From the NCBI GenBank assembly GCA_010356995.1, contig ML996689.1, forward strand, positions 231,873 to 295,872: a DNA stretch of 64,000 nt. Direction: 5' to 3'. Numbering within the stretch: position 1 is the first letter of the stretch; each line of letters begins with the position of its first letter. Below the pieces are notes generated by a model. That model saw nothing but the letters and a program-made list of their open reading frames with translations. It ran no database searches and was not told where the DNA came from. Both the position numbers and the translations under genes were made by a program. This DNA comes from Trichodelitschia bisporula. Its lineage: Eukaryota. Below are positions 58,364 to 64,000 of this stretch, piece after piece.

Positions 58364-60108
58364 GGGTGGGCGTGGCTGGGATGCGTTTGCGATACCCTCT
58401 TTGCGGCGAATGGGTTGGATGGTATGGACTGTGGTGTGGGGGGTGTCTGGGTCTGGGCACGGGCACGGGTGTGGTTGGATGGATGGATTGATGGCGTGTG
58501 TGTGTATGATAATGGGCTGGTAGGCACGTAGGGAACACGAATTCGTCAGACTTAGCGAACACAGACCGTCGAACTTGAGCGAACACAGGCCGTCGAACTC
58601 GAGCGTTACCTTGGCTACACATGACGACCCGCTACCAGTACGCAGACATGAGCCCATCCCGACCGAACAACCGGCTATATGTGGGATGTCGTCCATTGGC
58701 GCGTACCGCCATGATATCTGGGGCATAATACGAATACGTAGGCAGCACAAGGTGTCATCATCTCACGTCACTACGCTACACAACTTTCGCCCATCCCAGC
58801 CCGGCCCCCTTTCCCCCGAACCCACCGGACGGGCGTCCGCATCCACGGCTACCGCGTACGCTCGGTGCATGCCACGACATCGCGCTGCGCCATGTGAGCC
58901 GCAGTAGCCGGTGTCTAGGCCCGCGGCTAATGCAGGCTTTAGCCTCTTGGTAGCGTTGAAATCTTCATGCAGGGCCTCACGCGGGGGGGGGGGAGGGGGC
59001 CGCGGGGTATGAAAATATTGTGACTCCCGCGTGGCCGTCAGGATGTCAGGCTAGGCGGCTGCGATGTTCTCGAATGGTCCATGGCCGGACTGGGTATGGT
59101 ATAGTGTGCCGGGGCCGGAGCCAGCGCCGAAGCGATATCGGATAGGGCCTGCTTGGGGAAGGCACGGAGCTGAAGGCCTGACGGTCGAGGCTCACCCAAC
59201 CGCCGCGGGAACGGAGAATACGGTACCGAGGATTCGGGTCGGTGGGCGGTCATGAGAATGACGGAATGGGGTCCGGCGGTATGATTTGCTCGGGGGAGTC
59301 GGACTAGAGTTTGATGGCCGCTCGATGGGGTGGGGGGTGCGTCGGATACGAGGTCACGATGTGTGTTGCTTGCTGGGGTTGGGTTACGGATGCACTTGGG
59401 TTTTTTTTTGCTGGTGGTGCTTCGCACGTTGGCGCGGGTGTGGGGTGAGGAGTGAGAGGGTTTAGCCGAGGGGCTGGGCTCTTCTGTGCTCGGTGCGGAG
59501 GGGAGGGGGGGGGGGGGTTGGGGCTTATAGTACCAGAGGGGCGGGTTTGGGGATGCTTGGGGGATCCCTGGGGGGGGAGGGTGATCCGGGGGACTTTGCC
59601 GAAGATTGACTTGCCATAGCTGAGAGGGAGAGGGGCTGATATCAGACGGGGTTGGAGGTGAGGAAGTGAAATACGATGGAAAAGCTTAATGAGACGACAA
59701 CTCGGCGTACATGGCATTGTGATAGAAGGGTTATGGCGTCTGGGAGGCTCGAGCTGGTGGGGTGAGGTTGGAGAACATTGTGGGGAAATATGGGTGAGGG
59801 GAGGGGATGAGCAGCGCGCAGCACGCAGGGTCTTGCTTGGCGATCGAGATCAGCTGTGCGGGGGGGGGGATATGCACTTCGGGGGTGATGCCCCCCCCGG
59901 GGGGGATGCACGAGGTCTCGTGAGGTGAAATGGGGAACGGCCAGTCCAGTCCAAGGAGGGCATGTGAGGAGGGTGAGGGAGGAAGCGGGGGGGTGGGGTG
60001 GCGGAATTGGATCCGGCGGCTATGGCTGGACTTTGACAGCGGCCCGGTGGTGAGTTGTGCTTGGATATGTTGTGTGCAAGGTGGTTGATGGTCACGCTGA
60101 TGCTGTGC

Positions 60109-60109
<1 letters not shown>

Positions 60110-60153
<44 letters not shown>
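60110..60153. repeat. (TG)n microsatellite, ~22 units
   Basis: Read directly from the sequence. Confidence 0.97.
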
Positions 60154-60159
<6 letters not shown>

Positions 60160-61389
60160 AGGGCTTGCTTGCTTGATACTGGTGGCTGTGAAGGCAGATG
60201 GGCGTTGGAGGTGTGGATTGCGGGGTAATAACTGTGGTGGTAGAGGGCGCGGCTTTTTGGTGGAGCCAATGTGCGACGTCCACGTGAAGCAGTGGCTTTG
60301 AGCTGATTGCGACACATGAACGCCATCGATAGCGACTACATATCGGTACATAGCACGGTACTTGTACATCCGTAGAGAGAAACGAAGAGAGAGAGAACAG
60401 AGTGCGTTGTGGAAGTGTTGAAGAAGTGTTGAAGAAGTGTTGAAGACAAACAATGAGATGAGCAGGGTGCATCAAACAGGGCTTGTCAAGCTCCATGCAT
60501 CGATGATCAGCCGCCATCTCTCTTTTATTTTGCTGTCTTCCAATCTACCGAACTACTTTCTGCGGACCTACAGGCGCTAAAGCATCTTCACCATAGGATC
60601 CGCTCCGACTTCTTCCTCCTCATTCTCCAATCTGCAGGCCTCACTGGCAGCCTCTGCTCTAGCTCGCTCTCTCTCCCACCGAATCCCGCGGCCCTGCAGT
60701 TCCGGGCCGAGGATGCATATTTCCCACCATCGCGTGTACCAGCACAAGCAAGTAGCCTAAATCGCGCATCAGTACATAGAACCGACGCAGTCCGTCAAAC
60801 GTGCGTTGTTCATACAAAGTGTCGATCGCCGTTTGAAGTCAGAGCAAAGGTCGTGGTTCTCGTCACCTCCCTCGACCAACAGACAAGTGAAGCTTTATTT
60901 TGTCCATCCATCCGTCCATCCTCGTGCCTTCTCTCCTCTCTTCTCCCCTCCCCTCCCTGTCACCCTCTTTGCGCCGCCCCTCACTCCGCTGTGTCACCAA
61001 ACCACCACTCCACACCACACCACACCAAAACTACTTCCACCTCAATCAACAAACCACCACCACCACTACCACCACCACTTCACAGTACCGTAACCCATCC
61101 CTCCACACCCTCCTCCAGTGCACTATCAGCCGACCAACCCCAATTCCACCCACCACACCGCCCCTCCCCCAAGGCAACAGCTCCACCACCCCTCCCCCGC
61201 AAGCGCGTCTTCCGCAGGGCCTCGCCGCGTCCACGTCGCCCTGTCCGTCCACCGCCCTCCGCCCGCCCCACCATTTTGCCTTGTGCGCCTATGGGCCATG
61301 CGCCCACCTCCACCCTTCACTTTAACCACAACCGTCCGGCGTCGCGCACCACAGTCTTCTCTCAATTCAACCGTCGTCCGCCTCAGAAC

Positions 61390-61543
61390 ATGGTCATGAA
61401 GTGAAAGAGTCGCAGGCAACTACCACACCTTACACACGAATTCAAGAATTCCCCACGGCTATGGCCATAAAGTGAGCCGCCAACGTCAACTACCACTCAC
61501 TTCCACGCAACTACAGCAATTGCTCTCGAGCATGGCGAAGTGA
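61390..61543 (+). promoter_or_regulatory. Three short uORFs (MVMK*, MAIK*, MAK*) at 71-nt spacing upstream of the cyclin gene
   Basis: ATGs at 61390, 61461 and 61532; each ends AAG-TGA and is followed by CAAC(T/A)ACC. Confidence 0.7.
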
Positions 61544-61640
61544 GCTCCAATTCAACAACCGCACCACACAACTCAACACCCGCTCCAACCCTCACCACGC
61601 ACCCCCAGCCTTACGCCCACCCCGCCGCAAAACCGCCATC

Positions 61641-61850
61641 ATGTACCCCCCCACCCCCGACCCAACCAACGACATGTCGAGCTTAATAACCACGCTCTCA
61701 ACCACAAACCTCTGGGACGCCGCCGCCCTCCCCCCGGAGTCCGCAATGCACCTGCTCTCCCGCGCCGTCACCGCCCTCGCCTCCTCCCCCTACACCCCCT
61801 ACAACAACACCAACTCCCCCCCCACCCCCCCCACCTCAACCTCCTCCTCG

Positions 61851-61917
<67 letters not shown>

Positions 61918-62309
61918 AACGCTTCTACTGCAAAACGCCCCCCGGCGTCGATGTCGCGGCCTACCTCGCACGCCTGCAGCACTTCTGCCCGATGAGCACG
62001 GCGGTGTATCTCGCGGCCGGGGCGTACATACACCGCGTGTGTGTTGAGGACGGCGCTGTGCCGGTTACACCTAGGACGGTGCATAGATTGGTATTAGCGG
62101 CGCTGCGGGTCGCGGTTAAGGCGCTAGAGGATGATAAGTGTAGCCAGGGGAAGTTTGCGGGGGTGGGGGGGATGAGGGGGGAGGATCTTGGGAGATTGGA
62201 GGGCGCGTTGTGTTGGTTGCTGGAGTATGATTGTCAGGTTTCTGTGGAGGAGTTGAGGGTTAGGATGGGACGGTTGTTGGAGGCGGGGAGGGGGTGTGAG
62301 GGGAGATGA
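61641..62309 (+). CDS. Pho80/PCL-family cyclin (Pho85 partner)
   Basis: KRFYCKTPPGVDVAAYLARLQHFCPMSTAVYLAAGAYI, TPRTVHRLVLAALRVAVKALED, FAGVGG...L.RLE. Contains a 65-C homopolymer at 61851-61915. Confidence 0.88.
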
Positions 62310-62668
62310 GTCGATGAGAGGAGGGTTAGGGTTAGCGGGTGTTTTGGGCGTTACAGGCTGATGCTGGGGATTTTTTGAGAGGGCGTGAGGCGAAGTATGC
62401 GGCTGCGAGGCTGGCACTTCATGCCGCGGCGTATTAAGGCCGATATCGGATTCGGGACGGGGCGAGGCCCCCTTGGTCCTCGAGGGAAGCACGGGCCGGC
62501 GCCGTACATACATTCCCAGGCCGGAGCACACACAATGATGTGAATAAAGTTCTTTTTTTCTGCTCGCCCGCTGCTAGTTATCTGCAAGTGACCACTGATC
62601 CATGTATCCCAATGTCCAACCACAGTCCCACCCCATTTCCGTCGCCTCCGTCCCTCCACCCTGTCCCT

Positions 62669-63134
62669 CTAGGCCTTGTCCTTCTCAATCCCATCCAGCA
62701 CCTCCGGCACCGTCTCAACAAGATGCTCAAACACACCCTCCGTCCCCTTCGCAGCATGCAGGCCTTGTGGGATGGCGTAGATCGCTACATCGGGTTTTTC
62801 GCGGGAGGCGATGGCCTTCACTTCGCTGACTTCTTCGGGGGTCCACATTGAGGCGCAGAACTGCGAGCGGGCGTTAGCGAGCTTCAGCGAGCGTGGCAGC
62901 GAGCGCCAGTTGAAGGAGATGTGGGAGGGTGGGGGAGGGGGGGGGTAAGGGAGGACGGACGAGCAGGTCAGGCTGATGCTCCTTCAGCGCACCCGGGACG
63001 GCATCCACGGTATCGCAATTCGCGGCGTGGATGATCGTGTATTTATCTTTGAGAGCCTCAGCGACCCGACCGATGATGTGCCGCGCCCGGTCGGGGACTT
63101 TGTTCACCGTCACCAGCTTATACGTCTGAGGCAT
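62669..63134 (-). CDS. Small conserved fungal hypothetical protein (121 aa); intron 62861-62960
   Basis: LVTVNKVPDRA..IIGRV...YTIIHAAN...PDLL|FCASMWTPEE...AIPQGLH...G; splicing keeps the frame to TAG at 62669. Confidence 0.8.
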
Positions 63135-63615
63135 GGTGTCGTAGTTCCGTGCAAACGAGGCTGGAGGGGAATCGGTGACGATGGGAGATGATACAAACTT
63201 AGGAAGAGGAATTCAAACTTAGGGAGAAGAGACAGGAGCAATGCTTGTCTTTTCCCAAGCTCCCCCCAAAAGCTTAAACCGAATATCTTGATGTCACTTC
63301 CCTTCCCCCAGCCTGGTCCCCACAAACGCCGCCGCCGCACATCGGGATGGCGCGAGTGGCGCGCGTGGGGCGCGGGGATCACCCCCCCGCCAACCTGCGC
63401 TGTGGGGCTGACGTCGGATCGGCTATCCACATCCCCACGTCTCCACGCGCGGCAATGGGGACGGGATTAGGTACGGGAGTGCGCGACGGCTTGCGTTGGA
63501 ATGGCGGCGGTGGCATGATCGATTGGTTGTGTATGGAGATGACCCCTCTGCTCAATTGCTGAAACCACCGCCCTCAAAGCACAGCGACAAGCGACGCGAA
63601 GCAAAAGACAGAGCA

Positions 63616-64000
63616 ATGACACCCATCCCCTCCTTCCGCGCGCACCTCCCCGATCTCAATTCGCCGCGCTTCGTGACCGCGCGCGAGCAGAGCCCATATG
63701 AGTATGCGGCGTACTTCCGTGCAAACCAACGTCCACCGTGGCTGTTTGCGCTCACGCAGGCGTGGGAGGAGTTGTACACTGAGCCCTTCAAGGGTATAAC
63801 AACAGATGGTGCGGATGTACCCCCTTCCTTCATAGCGCCGCTTGACGAAGATAGGGAATGTGATCCTCGGCCTCTACCCGGAAGAAGACGACGGTGTCCC
63901 AATCGAGGAGATGGTTGAGGCAGCGAACGCACTCCTGGACGGATTGACGCAAGAGCAGAAGGCAGCCCTGACATTCCCCCTCGCCGCCCGCGAATGGCGC
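63616..64000 (+). CDS. DUF3500-like protein, 5' part (runs off the window); intron ~63809-63854
   Basis: FRAHLPDLNSPRF, PPWL, EPFKGITTDG|NV..GLY, MVEAANALL..LT.EQ.....P....EWR. Confidence 0.75.

Noticed and set aside
57474..58750. Alternative-frame and antisense ORFs over the MOB3 tail (also those over the permease and gene 548-3061)
   Set aside because: Shadow ORFs caused by GC3-biased, low-complexity coding sequence.
61390..61600. 71-nt periodic units as a CRISPR-like array
   Set aside because: Eukaryotic context, no conserved 23-50-nt repeat and no cas genes; better explained as uORF units.
62322..62336. GGGTTAGGGTTAG as a telomere seed or telomerase RNA template
   Set aside because: About two units in a G-rich 3' UTR with no supporting structure.

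Overview
GC-rich filamentous ascomycete (Pezizomycotina-type) genomic DNA with short GT-AG and GC-AG introns. The main structure is a ~16.5-kb insertion (~7853-24388) that splits one dispersed 5S rRNA gene. The 5S 5' end lies at 24389-24405 and its body and terminator at 7736-7852, both on the minus strand. The insertion resolves into two head-to-tail Starship-like units, separated by a third copy of the 5S-like junction motif at 17805-17816. The left unit keeps a decayed DUF3435 tyrosine-recombinase 'captain' that is disrupted by nested Copia/LTR insertions. Both units carry a PNP_UDP-NACHT-WD40 NLR gene, and the two copies show a mosaic divergence pattern. The rest of the window is ordinary core-gene territory: UapA/UapC-type purine permease, RAD55-like protein, AEC-family transporter, creA with a ~9-kb gene-poor upstream region, CHIP-like E3 ligase, thymidylate synthase with a double MCB box, a coiled-coil protein, a repeat-rich orphan membrane protein, a methyltransferase, a Cdc25/rhodanese phosphatase, CobW/ZNG1, MOB3/phocein, a Pho80/PCL cyclin preceded by three 71-nt-spaced Lys-stop uORFs, a small conserved protein and a DUF3500 gene that runs off the window. 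All family calls come from motif recognition by eye; no searches were run.
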